Below the pieces are notes generated by a model that was not told the DNA's origin, ran no database searches, and was given only the letters and a program-made list of their open reading frames with translations. From Alphaproteobacteria bacterium (GTDB lineage: Bacteria; Pseudomonadota; Alphaproteobacteria; Methylaequorales; Methylaequoraceae): DNA of 64,000 nt. The number at the start of each line of letters is the position of its first letter. Within the stretch, counting starts at the first letter, position 1. The translations under genes were made by a program, and so were the position numbers. Below are positions 1 to 8,727 of this stretch, one piece after another. The stretch spans positions 894-64,893 of the forward strand of contig BOXE01000007.1 in assembly GCA_019650635.1 (NCBI GenBank). The letters run 5' to 3'.

Positions 1-820
1 TTTTTAATGGAAGATCACTTTTCTGATTAAATCTGAAACTTTGACCCCATTGTTGAAATAACGGTATTTGTTGCTATAGATTCTTTATTTTAAATAAACT
101 TTTAAAGATGTAACTTCTTTTAAGCCGGTATTTTAAAAGCACGTTAATTTTTTTTTTTTAAAAAGGGATTTAATATGTAAGAACCCATTTTTTTTTTAAA
201 TTTTGGGGGAAGTTGATTTGAAAGCTCATTTATAAAAACGTATTTCTGACTTATCAATATTCTTATAATATTTGTGTCTATCATCATTTCTTTTAATTCA
301 CCCGAAGTTTCAACCCTGAAAATCCACCACCAATTATAACAAAAATTAATAATCTTTTTAAGTTCAAAATCTTTTTTAAACAGCGTTCTAAACATTGAAT
401 GATATGATTTCTAATGTTATATGCATCTTTTAAGTTTTTTATTGTCATGGAATTATTCTCTAGACCCGGAATAATTTTTACATTACTTTCTTGGCCAAGA
501 GCGATTATGAGATGATCATATGACACATAATGTTGACGTTTTCTAAAACCTTGAGTTAGACCAACTCTTTTTTTTTTTAAATCAATTATATTAACCTCAG
601 CATTCCTAAATTTAACCGCATCTAACATTTGTCTTATTGGAGTTACTGCGTCGGAAGCTGATATAGTCCCTGAAGCGACTTCAGGTAATAATGGCTGAAA
701 GACAAAATAATTATTATCGCTAATTAGCTCGATATCAAATGAATTTAATTTAATCTTTTGTAGTCTTTTAGCACAATATAATCCTCCAAAACCACCACCA
801 AGAATTAAAATTTTACTCAT
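1..820 (-). CDS. ndh: Type II NADH dehydrogenase (NDH-2), N-terminal part; frame broken near 300-395 and again in A/T runs at about 145-200; continues beyond window start
   Basis: MSKILILGGGFGGLY dinucleotide-binding motif; the second motif VIIGGGFSG/VETSGEL is split between ORFs 293..820 and 144..395. Confidence 0.7.
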
Positions 821-881
821 GTACTATTTGAATATTATAGTGAATCTTTGAATAGCTTCTTAGCAATAAATTCACTTGGCT

Positions 882-1299
882 CTATTACCCCTTAAGGTGA
901 AGAACAATCCACCACAATATAACATAACATGAATATGGTCATATAATAGAATTTCAATAAAACTTTCTGGATCGCTTAAGATTATTACACCAGTTATTAT
1001 ACATACCATAATTGTTCCAGAAAACCTTGTTAGGAAATCACCAATTAAATTTAAAATTTTTAATGATTGTAAGATTCCACCAACTAATAAACCAAAAACC
1101 AGCTAATAATTCACTACTTATAACCATAAACCAAACAATTAAAGGTAATTCATAAGTCTCAGCTGTAGAAGGATCAAATGGTAATTTGTCTAAGCCTTGT
1201 TGAATAAAAATAATAGCCAATGGAATTCTAATTAACCAGTTTGCTCCTTTAAATTCAGGAAACTTTTTGATTTAATTTTTTTAACTTGGTATAGGTCAT
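882..1299 (-). pseudogene. DoxX-family small membrane protein, spread over three frames (two frame breaks)
   Basis: ATG at 1299 (MTYTKLKKLNQKVS*). Next frame reads PEFKGANWLIRIPLAIIFIQQGLDKLP...LLAGFW. Third frame reads GDFLTRFSGTIMVCIITG...GGLFFTLRGN*. Total about 139 codons, typical of DoxX. Confidence 0.45.
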
Positions 1300-1395
1300 T
1301 GTAAAAATATAATTCATTTCATATATTTTTCAAATTTATTATGTGAACAAAATATATTTATTTTATGAATGATTAATTTTCAAAATATCTTACTC

Positions 1396-1520
1396 CTGTC
1401 TCTCCGCCACTATCTAAAAGCCAGGTAGTCCGCCTTCAGAAATTTAATTCTCTTAATTTTTACCTCTCTAACTTTTACTCATAAAAATATTGTCCCTAGG
1501 GAGAAAAATACTCCGCCTTA
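1396..1520. repeat. Pyrimidine-rich intergenic element, copy A (CTGTCTCTCC-N5-TATCTAAAAGCC ... TACTCCGCCTTA)
   Basis: Shares both terminal motifs, in the same order and orientation, with 3930..4019; composition differs from the surrounding AT-rich spacers. Confidence 0.35.
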
Positions 1521-1521
1521 T

Positions 1522-1914
1522 TCATATTTTAAACAGTAAATCCCAACCAGTAATAAGCACCATTAAGTTTAAAAATGCTATTATAGCGGGGGCGACGTAG
1601 CCCTCAGCAGATGTCTTTACACCGTCAACAGTACCCCAATAACTATTTATAGTTTGAAAGCAAACAACTGCCCCGATACATGCTTGCACAAAACCATAGA
1701 CAAACAGTAACCAAGCGCCTTCGATAGAAGTTAGTAAAGCAATAGACAAGGTGACTGCAAAGCCGGCAGCAAAAGTGCCAACAAGTCTTGTCATAATTGC
1801 GCTACCTTCACCAAAGCCATATTTCTCAATGTACTTGCGTGTTTGGAAAATACATTGATAAGCATAAATCAAATTTCCAAATATTATTAATGCTATGAGT
1901 ACAAAAATTAGCAT
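1522..1914 (-). CDS. Hypothetical integral membrane protein (about 4 TM)
   Basis: 130-aa ORF with four hydrophobic stretches; no family recognised. Confidence 0.55.
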   Translation of the reverse strand: MLIFVLIALIIFGNLIYAYQCIFQTRKYIEKYGFGEGSAIMTRLVGTFAAGFAVTLSIALLTSIEGAWLLFVYGFVQACIGAVVCFQTINSYWGTVDGVKTSAEGYVAPAIIAFLNLMVLITGWDLLFKI

Positions 1915-2275
1915 TTCAGTAAACCTCTATAATCCTCTCAAACGGGAAACAAATTATCAATCATTTACGTATACTATTCAAAATGTAATTGAAAAAGTGT
2001 TATTTTAATAAATAATCTACCAAATTATTTTCCAATAGAATCACTACTCTCTAGACCCTTAATTTAGAAACTTTTCCCCTAAAAAGCATGACCTCACGGG
2101 TTCGGAAAAATATGCTAATTTTAAATTATAAAATATTATTTGAATTTGAAACTATTATATTTTTTCACTAGTCTGATTAACATAGAAAAAGAAAAGTTTG
2201 AATTTATAAAGTAAGAATTACTAGATAAAATTAATAATTTTTCAAAATAATCAGATTTGACCTCTGGAAGATTAT

Positions 2276-3880
2276 ATGAATTTAGAAAATCTAGACTGGT
2301 ATATTATATTTGGATACTTAGTTTGTTTAATTCTTTTATCTGTTTATTTATCAAAAGATCAAAAAAACTTGAAAGATTATTTTGTTGCATCAAGAAAACA
2401 AAAATCAAAAAAATTGGCTATTTCTATTTTAGCTACTCAATGTTCAACAAATAGTATCTTAGGTGCTCCTGCTTTTGTTGCTTTTTCTGTTGGTGGTGGT
2501 TTGGGCTGGTTGAAATATGAATTAGCAGTGCCATTATCAATGATTGCAATCATGATTTTCATTTACCCAATTTTCTATAAATTAAAGATAATTTCAATAT
2601 ACGAGTACCTTGAAAAAAGGTTTGATCTCAAAACGAGATTATTAATGAGTTCATTATTTCTTTTTGTAAGAGTTTTTGCAACTGGAGTAATTGTTTACAG
2701 TGTATCAATAGTTATTGAATTAATAACAGGTTTAAGTTTTGTGTATTCCGTTCTCATACTTGGTCTTATAACAATCGTCTACGACGTTTTAGGAGGGATA
2801 AAAGCAATAATTTACAGTGATATTATTCAAATGATAATTTTGACTGTTGTACTAATCTTTATTCTTTTTTATTTAACAAGTATTTTTGGTGGTTTTAGAT
2901 CAATGTTTAATTATTTCCCAGATCAAAGAAATGTAAATTTAAATTTCTTTGAGCATGGACTTGGTGATGGAAAAGAATTTGCTTTTTGGCCAATGTTAAT
3001 TGGAGGTTTTTTTTTGTATATGTCTTATTATGGTTGTGATCAAAGTCAAATGCAAAAAGCACTATGTGCTAAAAATCAAAATGAGGGACAAAAAGTATTT
3101 TTTTTAAATGGTATTTTCAGATTTCCTCTTGTATTGCTGTACTGTTTAATTGGTGTAGGAATAGGTTCTTATTCCCAAATTAATGCTGATTTTATTTCAA
3201 GTCTTCCAAAACAAGATGGGATACCTAACTTTAATTTGGCTGTCCCTATTTTTCTAATAGATAATTTACCAATCGGAATTGTGGGACTGACGCTAGTAGC
3301 TTTGTTTTCTGCTGCTATGTCATCCCTAGATTCAGTGTTAAATAGCTTGTCTGCAGTAACAATGGAAGATTTTGTTAAAAGAATTAAAACTTTTAGATAT
3401 CTTTCAGAAAAAAATAACCTTTTCATATCAAGAGTAATAACCTTATTTTGGGGTTCATTAGCAATTATTTTGGCTTTTTATGTTGAAGACATTTCTAGCA
3501 ATGTTCTCATTGCAATCAATAAAATAGGTTCTTTGATTAATGGACCAATTATTGGTGTATTTACATTAGGTATTTTAACAAAAAAAATTAATGGTAATAG
3601 TGCTTGCATAGGAATAATTTGTGGATTTTTATTTAACCTATACTGTTGGGTTTATTTAGTTAACGTATCTTGGCTTTGGTGGAATGCAATTGGTTTTGTT
3701 GTTACTTTAAAAATTGCAATAGTGCACGACTTTTTTTTCTCCAACTTTCAAGCAAATGAAACTTTTGTTTGGTCATTAAAATCCTTCAAAAAATTGCACT
3801 TTAATAACACTTGGAAAACTCGGTATATTATTTTGTTCATTTGGTTTATTTTAATATTTTCTTTAATTTATTTCTTCTAG
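2276..3880 (+). CDS. Sodium:solute symporter family (SSS/SLC5) transporter
   Basis: 534 aa, about 13 TM, SSS signature region GGIKAIIYSDIIQMIIL. Confidence 0.85.
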   Translation: MNLENLDWYIIFGYLVCLILLSVYLSKDQKNLKDYFVASRKQKSKKLAISILATQCSTNSILGAPAFVAFSVGGGLGWLKYELAVPLSMIAIMIFIYPIFYKLKIISIYEYLEKRFDLKTRLLMSSLFLFVRVFATGVIVYSVSIVIELITGLSFVYSVLILGLITIVYDVLGGIKAIIYSDIIQMIILTVVLIFILFYLTSIFGGFRSMFNYFPDQRNVNLNFFEHGLGDGKEFAFWPMLIGGFFLYMSYYGCDQSQMQKALCAKNQNEGQKVFFLNGIFRFPLVLLYCLIGVGIGSYSQINADFISSLPKQDGIPNFNLAVPIFLIDNLPIGIVGLTLVALFSAAMSSLDSVLNSLSAVTMEDFVKRIKTFRYLSEKNNLFISRVITLFWGSLAIILAFYVEDISSNVLIAINKIGSLINGPIIGVFTLGILTKKINGNSACIGIICGFLFNLYCWVYLVNVSWLWWNAIGFVVTLKIAIVHDFFFSNFQANETFVWSLKSFKKLHFNNTWKTRYIILFIWFILIFSLIYFF

Positions 3881-3929
3881 TGGTTTTTACGGATTTATAT
3901 AACATTTGGGTTAAAGATATTTCTTATCA

Positions 3930-4019
3930 CTGTCTCTCCTTATCTATCTGAAAGCCCTGAATTCTCATATCTTGAGCTTCTTTATTTAATAATTTTCCCT
4001 CCGAGATTACTCCCCTTAA
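3930..4019. repeat. Pyrimidine-rich intergenic element, copy C (CTGTCTCTCC-N5-TATCTGAAAGCC ... TACTCCCCTTAA)
   Basis: Same end motifs as 1396..1520; a third partial match (TATCTTAAAGCC after a pyrimidine tract) lies at 4271..4302. Confidence 0.35.
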
Positions 4020-4127
4020 TTTTCAACTAAAAGATTAACCAAATGTGAATAACACCCTCAGAGTTGATTAAGAAAAAAATAATAAAAAGGGTATAATTTT
4101 ATTAACTTTTTATTTAAGGAGTAAACA

Positions 4128-4205
4128 ATGGCTTGGACAAAACCAATGATTTCTGAAATCTCTGTTGGTCTTGAAATCAATTCTTACGCTTGCGCTGAGA
4201 AGTAG
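4128..4205 (+). CDS. pqqA: PqqA-type peptide (25 aa, MAWTKPMISEISVGLEINSYACAEK), copy 1
   Basis: AAGGAG at 4116-4121 lies 6 nt before the ATG. Trp3, Pro6 and the Glu16-x3-Tyr20 PqqA hallmark are present. An identical peptide is encoded at 18563..18640 with only synonymous differences. Too short for the ORF track. Confidence 0.75.
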   Translation: MAWTKPMISEISVGLEINSYACAEK

Positions 4206-4234
4206 TTTCGATCTATAAAGATGAAATTTTAAAA

Positions 4235-4262
4235 GCCTGGCTAAGAAGTCAGGTTTTTTTTT
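4235..4262 (+). terminator. Rho-independent terminator after pqqA-like copy 1
   Basis: Stem CCTGGCT / AGTCAGG (one G-U pair), loop AAGA, followed by T9. Confidence 0.75.
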
Positions 4263-4466
4263 GCTTAAATTAAACCTTTCCTTACCCTTTTATCTTAAAG
4301 CCTTGTCTTTTTGCCCTCTAGAGCTGATTTCATATCTACGTATGCCCTATAATAACTATTTATTGTTATCTTTATGATTTCTATATATACCTAAAATGAT
4401 AAATAGTTTTTTATAATAAATTTCTTATTTAATTTACTCTTATTTTTGCAAATCAAACACTAAATT

Positions 4467-6275
4467 ATGTCAAAAAATATTAGGAATGTAGCTATTATTG
4501 CTCATGTAGACCACGGCAAAACCACATTAATTGATTCAATACTTAAGCAAATTGGAATGTTTAGATCCAATGAAGAGATTGGGGAAAGAATAATGGATAG
4601 TGGCGATTTAGAAAAAGAACGAGGTATCACAATTTTGGCAAAGCCTACATCAATTACATGGAATGGAGTAAAAATAAATATAATAGATACACCAGGACAT
4701 GCAGATTTTGGTGGAGAGGTTGAAAGGATTTTATGTATGGCTGATGGAGTAATTTTATTAACAGATGCCTCAGAAGGACCAATGCCTCAAACAAAGTTTG
4801 TTTTAGGTAAAGCATTATCGCAGGGTTTAAAGCCAATTGTAATCATTAATAAAGTTGATAAAAAAGATAGTCGTGCAGATGTCGTTTTAGACGAAGTTTT
4901 TGATCTTTTTGTTACTCTAAATGCAAATGAGGATCAGCTTGATTTTCCAATACTATACGCCTCTGGAAAAAATGGTTGGTGTGTGAATGATCTCAAAGAT
5001 AAAAAAGAAAATTTGCACCCTCTTCTCAATTTAATAATAGAGCATGTGCCTCCTCCAAAAATTAATTCAGAAACATCTTTTTCATTTCTAGCAACCCTTC
5101 TCTCTTACGATACTTATGTTGGTAGATGTTTAATAGGAAAAGTTGAAAGTGGGAATGCCGAAGTTAATAAAATTGTTAAGGCAATAAATCTAAATCAAAA
5201 ACTTGTAGAAAAAGGCAAATTAACAAAATTATTTTCTTTTGAGGGAAATAAAAGAATTCCTGTTAATGAAATTGTTGCAGGTGATATAGCTTGTATTGCT
5301 GGTTTAACTAATGCTTCAGTTTCAGATACAATTTGTGATAATTTAGTCTCTAAACCCATAAAATCGTCTCCGATAGATCCCCCAACTATGTCAATAACCA
5401 TTACTGTTAATAACTCACCTTTTGCTGGGCAGGAGGGCAAAAAAGTGACTTCTAATAATATTAGAGAAAGGCTTTTGGCAGAAGCTGAAACAAATGTGGC
5501 AATTACTTTTAGTGAAAATGAAAATAAAGATGCTTTTGAAATTGGAGGTAGAGGCGAATTACAATTGGGAGTTTTGATCGAAACTATGCGAAGAGAAGGT
5601 TTTGAATTATCAGTTTCTAGACCAAAAGTATTATTTAAAACAGAAAAAAATATCAAATTAGAACCAGTTGAAGAGGTTGTAATTGATGTTGATGAAAGTT
5701 TTTCAAGCACAGTGATTAGCTCAATGAATAATAGAAAGTCAGAAATGATCGATATGAAAACTTCCTCAGCAAAGACTCGTATTATCTTTAAGTCACCTTC
5801 AAGGGGACTAATAGGTTATCAAAGTCAATTCTTAACAGAAACAAAAGGAACAGGTATTCTCAATAGAATATTTCATGCTTATGAACCATTTAAAGGAGAG
5901 TTTAAAGAAAAAAGAAATGGTTCTTTAATATCAACTGAGACAGGTCAAGCAGTTGCATATGCAATCTTTAATCTGCAAGATAGAGGAGTAATGTACATCA
6001 AACCGCAAACCAAAGTATACACTGGAATGGTAGTTGGTGAGCATAATAAAGAAAATGATCTTGAAATTAATGTTTTAAAAGGAAAACAACTTACTAATGT
6101 AAGAGCATCAGGTTCAGATAAAGCTGTTACTTTGGTACCACCAGTTAAGATGACATTAGAGCAAATGATTTCTTTTATAAGAGATGATGAATTACTTGAG
6201 GTAACACCTATGAACCTTAGACTTAGAAAAAAATATCTTGATTCCAATGAAAGAAAGCGTGAAAAAATTAAATGA
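4467..6275 (+). CDS. typA: Translational GTPase TypA/BipA
   Basis: AIIAHVDHGKTTL, DTPGHADFGGEVER and NKVD G-motifs; 602 aa, full-length architecture. Confidence 0.95.
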   Translation: MSKNIRNVAIIAHVDHGKTTLIDSILKQIGMFRSNEEIGERIMDSGDLEKERGITILAKPTSITWNGVKINIIDTPGHADFGGEVERILCMADGVILLTDASEGPMPQTKFVLGKALSQGLKPIVIINKVDKKDSRADVVLDEVFDLFVTLNANEDQLDFPILYASGKNGWCVNDLKDKKENLHPLLNLIIEHVPPPKINSETSFSFLATLLSYDTYVGRCLIGKVESGNAEVNKIVKAINLNQKLVEKGKLTKLFSFEGNKRIPVNEIVAGDIACIAGLTNASVSDTICDNLVSKPIKSSPIDPPTMSITITVNNSPFAGQEGKKVTSNNIRERLLAEAETNVAITFSENENKDAFEIGGRGELQLGVLIETMRREGFELSVSRPKVLFKTEKNIKLEPVEEVVIDVDESFSSTVISSMNNRKSEMIDMKTSSAKTRIIFKSPSRGLIGYQSQFLTETKGTGILNRIFHAYEPFKGEFKEKRNGSLISTETGQAVAYAIFNLQDRGVMYIKPQTKVYTGMVVGEHNKENDLEINVLKGKQLTNVRASGSDKAVTLVPPVKMTLEQMISFIRDDELLEVTPMNLRLRKKYLDSNERKREKIK

Positions 6276-6304
6276 ATAAATATTTCATGAAAATAAATTT
6301 ATTA

Positions 6305-6333
6305 TTGAAATGTTATATTATAACACTTAATAT
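6305..6333 (+). promoter_or_regulatory. Sigma70-like promoter TTGAAA-N17-TAATAT whose spacer is a Zur box (TGTTATATTATAACA, 6311-6325)
   Basis: Perfect 7-1-7 palindrome matching the Zur consensus GAAATGTTATAnTATAACATTTC; 56 nt upstream of a COG0523 gene, a classic Zur target. Confidence 0.7.
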
Positions 6334-6380
6334 AAAAATCTTTTGATTTTAACTTAATTAAATTTTGTGGAGAATTTATT

Positions 6381-7592
6381 ATGAAAGTTTTAGATAAAAA
6401 ACTTCCAGTCACAGTATTGTCGGGGTTCCTTGGTGCAGGTAAAACAACTCTTTTAAATCACATCCTTAACAATCGACAAGGTCTCAAGGTTGCAGTTATC
6501 GTAAACGATATGAGTGAAGTAAATATTGATGCTAATCTAGTAGAACGTGGAGGTGGTAACTTATCTCAAACTGAAGAGAAACTTGTAGAAATGAGTAATG
6601 GATGTATTTGCTGTACTTTACGTGAAGATCTTTTAATTCAAGTTAGAGAGTTAGCAAATGAAAATAAATTTGATTACCTTCTTATAGAAAGTACTGGTAT
6701 CTCTGAACCTTTGCCAGTAGCAACTACTTTTGACTTTCGTGATGAGGATGGAGCTAGTTTATCTGACGTAGCAAAACTTGATACAATGGTGACTGTTGTG
6801 GATGCTGCAAATCTTATAAAAAATTACAGCTCTACTGATTTTTTAAAAGATAAAGGAGAAAGTCTAGAAGATGATGAACGAACACTTGTTGATCTTCTTG
6901 TCGAACAGATTGAGTTTGCCAATGTTATTCTATTGAATAAAATTGATTTAATATCCTCTGAAGAATTAAAAACTGTTAATGCAATTATAAGTGGACTTAA
7001 CACTGAGGCAAAGGTCTTTGAATGCTCTCATTCGACCGTGAATCTCAAAGAAGTTGTTGGTACTGGATTGTTTGATCTTAAAAAAGCTTACACTCATCCG
7101 TTATGGGCAAAAGAACTTTATAATTTTAAAGATCATGTTCCTGAAACAGAAGAGTATGGTATCACAAGTTTCGTATATTTAGCCCGCGAACCATTTGATC
7201 CGTCAAAAATCTATAATTTCTTCAATCAAGAATGGCCTGGTGTAATGAGATCAAAAGGCTTTTTTTGGATTTCGAGTCGACCTGAATTTATTGGTGAGGT
7301 TTCTCAGGCTGGTGCGTTTGTTCGTCATCAGGGAATTGGAAGATGGTGGACAACTGTACCGAAAGATCGTTGCCAGAAGGACTAATTTTGATGCTTTGAT
7401 CGATAAATATTGGAATAAAGATTATGGTGACCGTCGACAAGAAATAGTTTTTATAGGTTTAAAGTCTGAAATGAGTGAAAAGAATATTCGAGAGAGCTAG
7501 ATGCTTGTCTGATTAAGAACTATCTTGATGATCCCAGTACATATCATAAAGCTCTAGATCCCTTTCCAGCATGGTTTAAAAAAGTAGCTTAA
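6381..7592 (+). CDS. COG0523 / CobW-family metallochaperone GTPase (two frame breaks, about 7290-7385 and about 7495)
   Basis: [13 protein letters not shown]-loop and the GCICCTL CxCC metal motif. The C-terminus continues in other frames ([25 protein letters not shown], then [27 protein letters not shown]). Confidence 0.85.
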
Positions 7593-7748
7593 ATGATTGA
7601 AAGCCCTTTATTTACTCTATCTCTTGAACATAAAGAGCCTCCAAAATCTTTAATTTTTTTAGTTATACTTATTTATTGCCTAGGATCTTATATCATCTCA
7701 TTTTACCGTCCACCTTTACATCACTTTATAAAATTATATGATTAAGAG

Positions 7749-8336
7749 ATGTATTTGATATTTAGTTTTATTTTTTTATTTTCTTCAGATTTGTTTTCAA
7801 AAGAAGTAAATGTGTACGATATTATTTCAAAAAACTCTAATTTATCTACTTTCAAAAATTATCTCGATAAAACAGGACTTGATAAAGTTTTACAAAAAAA
7901 AATTCCATATAATTGGACAATTTATGCTCCATCAAATAATGCTTTTGAAAATACTCCAAAAGAACTAGAGAAATCAGTTTTAAAAGATACTTATTATTCA
8001 AAGAGGCTGTTCACCGACCATATCTTAACAAAAGAAATTTTGGCTTCAGATGTAACAGATCAAATAACCACTGAACTAACAGTGAGTAATAAACCTATTA
8101 AATTATATAGAAGTGAAAATCTATTTGTTAAAGATGTAGTTATAGTAAAGGAAGATATAATAGCAGAAAACGGAGTTGTACATATAATTGATTGTATAAT
8201 GTTTATTCAACCAAGTTCACAAGATAGTAGGTTAAGTTCAAGTCAACAAGATTCATTTCCAATAACTTCCTGTTGTATGCAAACTGAGAGTGAAATTTCA
8301 TTATGGAAACAAAATACGAAAAAAATAGTTTATTGA
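7749..8336 (+). CDS. Secreted fasciclin (FAS1) domain protein
   Basis: Signal peptide; FAS1 H1/H2-like motifs TIYAPSNNAF and NGVVHIID. Confidence 0.75.
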   Translation: MYLIFSFIFLFSSDLFSKEVNVYDIISKNSNLSTFKNYLDKTGLDKVLQKKIPYNWTIYAPSNNAFENTPKELEKSVLKDTYYSKRLFTDHILTKEILASDVTDQITTELTVSNKPIKLYRSENLFVKDVVIVKEDIIAENGVVHIIDCIMFIQPSSQDSRLSSSQQDSFPITSCCMQTESEISLWKQNTKKIVY

Positions 8337-8357
8337 CCTTAATTTTAAAATAAAATT

Positions 8358-8717
8358 ATGCATAATTTTTTTTTTTTTTATTTATCCTCATGTTCTGTCA
8401 CAGTCAAAGCTGATTCGCTTTATGACCCACTAGAAAAGTATCTTGGAAAGATTGAAGGTAATGGCACTATACACGACTCACTGGGAAGTTATAAAGGAAG
8501 AGTTGAAAGCAATGGAGGTATATATAATTCTTTGGGAAAATACTTAGGAAAAATTGAAACTAATGGGCATTCTTATGATTCACGTGGTGGATATATGGGA
8601 AGAATAGACAGTAATGGTAATATATACGATTCATCAGGGAAGTTTAGAGCCAAGTTAGAAAGAAATGGAATTTTTTATGATTCCCTTGGAAGATATTTAG
8701 GTAGAATAATCAAGTAA
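8358..8717 (+). CDS. Putative lipoprotein made of six tandem 17-residue repeats
   Basis: LSSC lipobox-like N-terminus; repeats [IF]YDSLGxYxG[KR]IExNGx from codon 21 to the end (nt 8418-8714). Confidence 0.55.
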   Translation: MHNFFFFYLSSCSVTVKADSLYDPLEKYLGKIEGNGTIHDSLGSYKGRVESNGGIYNSLGKYLGKIETNGHSYDSRGGYMGRIDSNGNIYDSSGKFRAKLERNGIFYDSLGRYLGRIIK

Positions 8718-8727
8718 TAAGATATAT

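Noticed and set aside
2085-2105. tRNA-like GGGTTCGGA T-loop motif in the 1915-2275 spacer
   Set aside because: There are no complementary T-stem, acceptor stem or anticodon arm sequences around it. No tRNA can be folded.
2257-2454. ORF 2257..2454 overlapping the start of the symporter gene, and similar short overlapping ORFs (7291..7500, 10861..11097, 19826..20170, 45389..45595, 62797..63039)
   Set aside because: 2257..2454 is an out-of-frame shadow of the SSS gene. The others are not independent genes but displaced parts of the neighbouring conserved gene after a frame break.
4064-4097. TTGATT ... TATAAT as the pqqA-like promoter
   Set aside because: The hexamers are separated by 22 nt, too far for a sigma70 promoter. 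The TATAAT at 4092-4097 may still be a -10 element, but I cannot pair it with a -35.
5195-5710. Long antisense ORFs inside well-supported genes: 171 aa opposite typA, 159 aa opposite cobT (20898..21377), 114 aa opposite clpB (50354..50698), 110 aa opposite the hydrolase (8834..9166)
   Set aside because: They lie fully within conserved genes on the other strand and have low-complexity, Ser/Leu/Ile-rich translations with no motifs. They are the usual shadow frames produced by codon periodicity of the real gene.
8418-8714. 51-nt periodic repeats as a possible CRISPR array or non-coding tandem repeat
   Set aside because: The repeats are in-frame, diverged at the nucleotide level but conserved at the amino-acid level, and have no spacer/repeat alternation. 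They are coding repeats of ORF 8358..8717.
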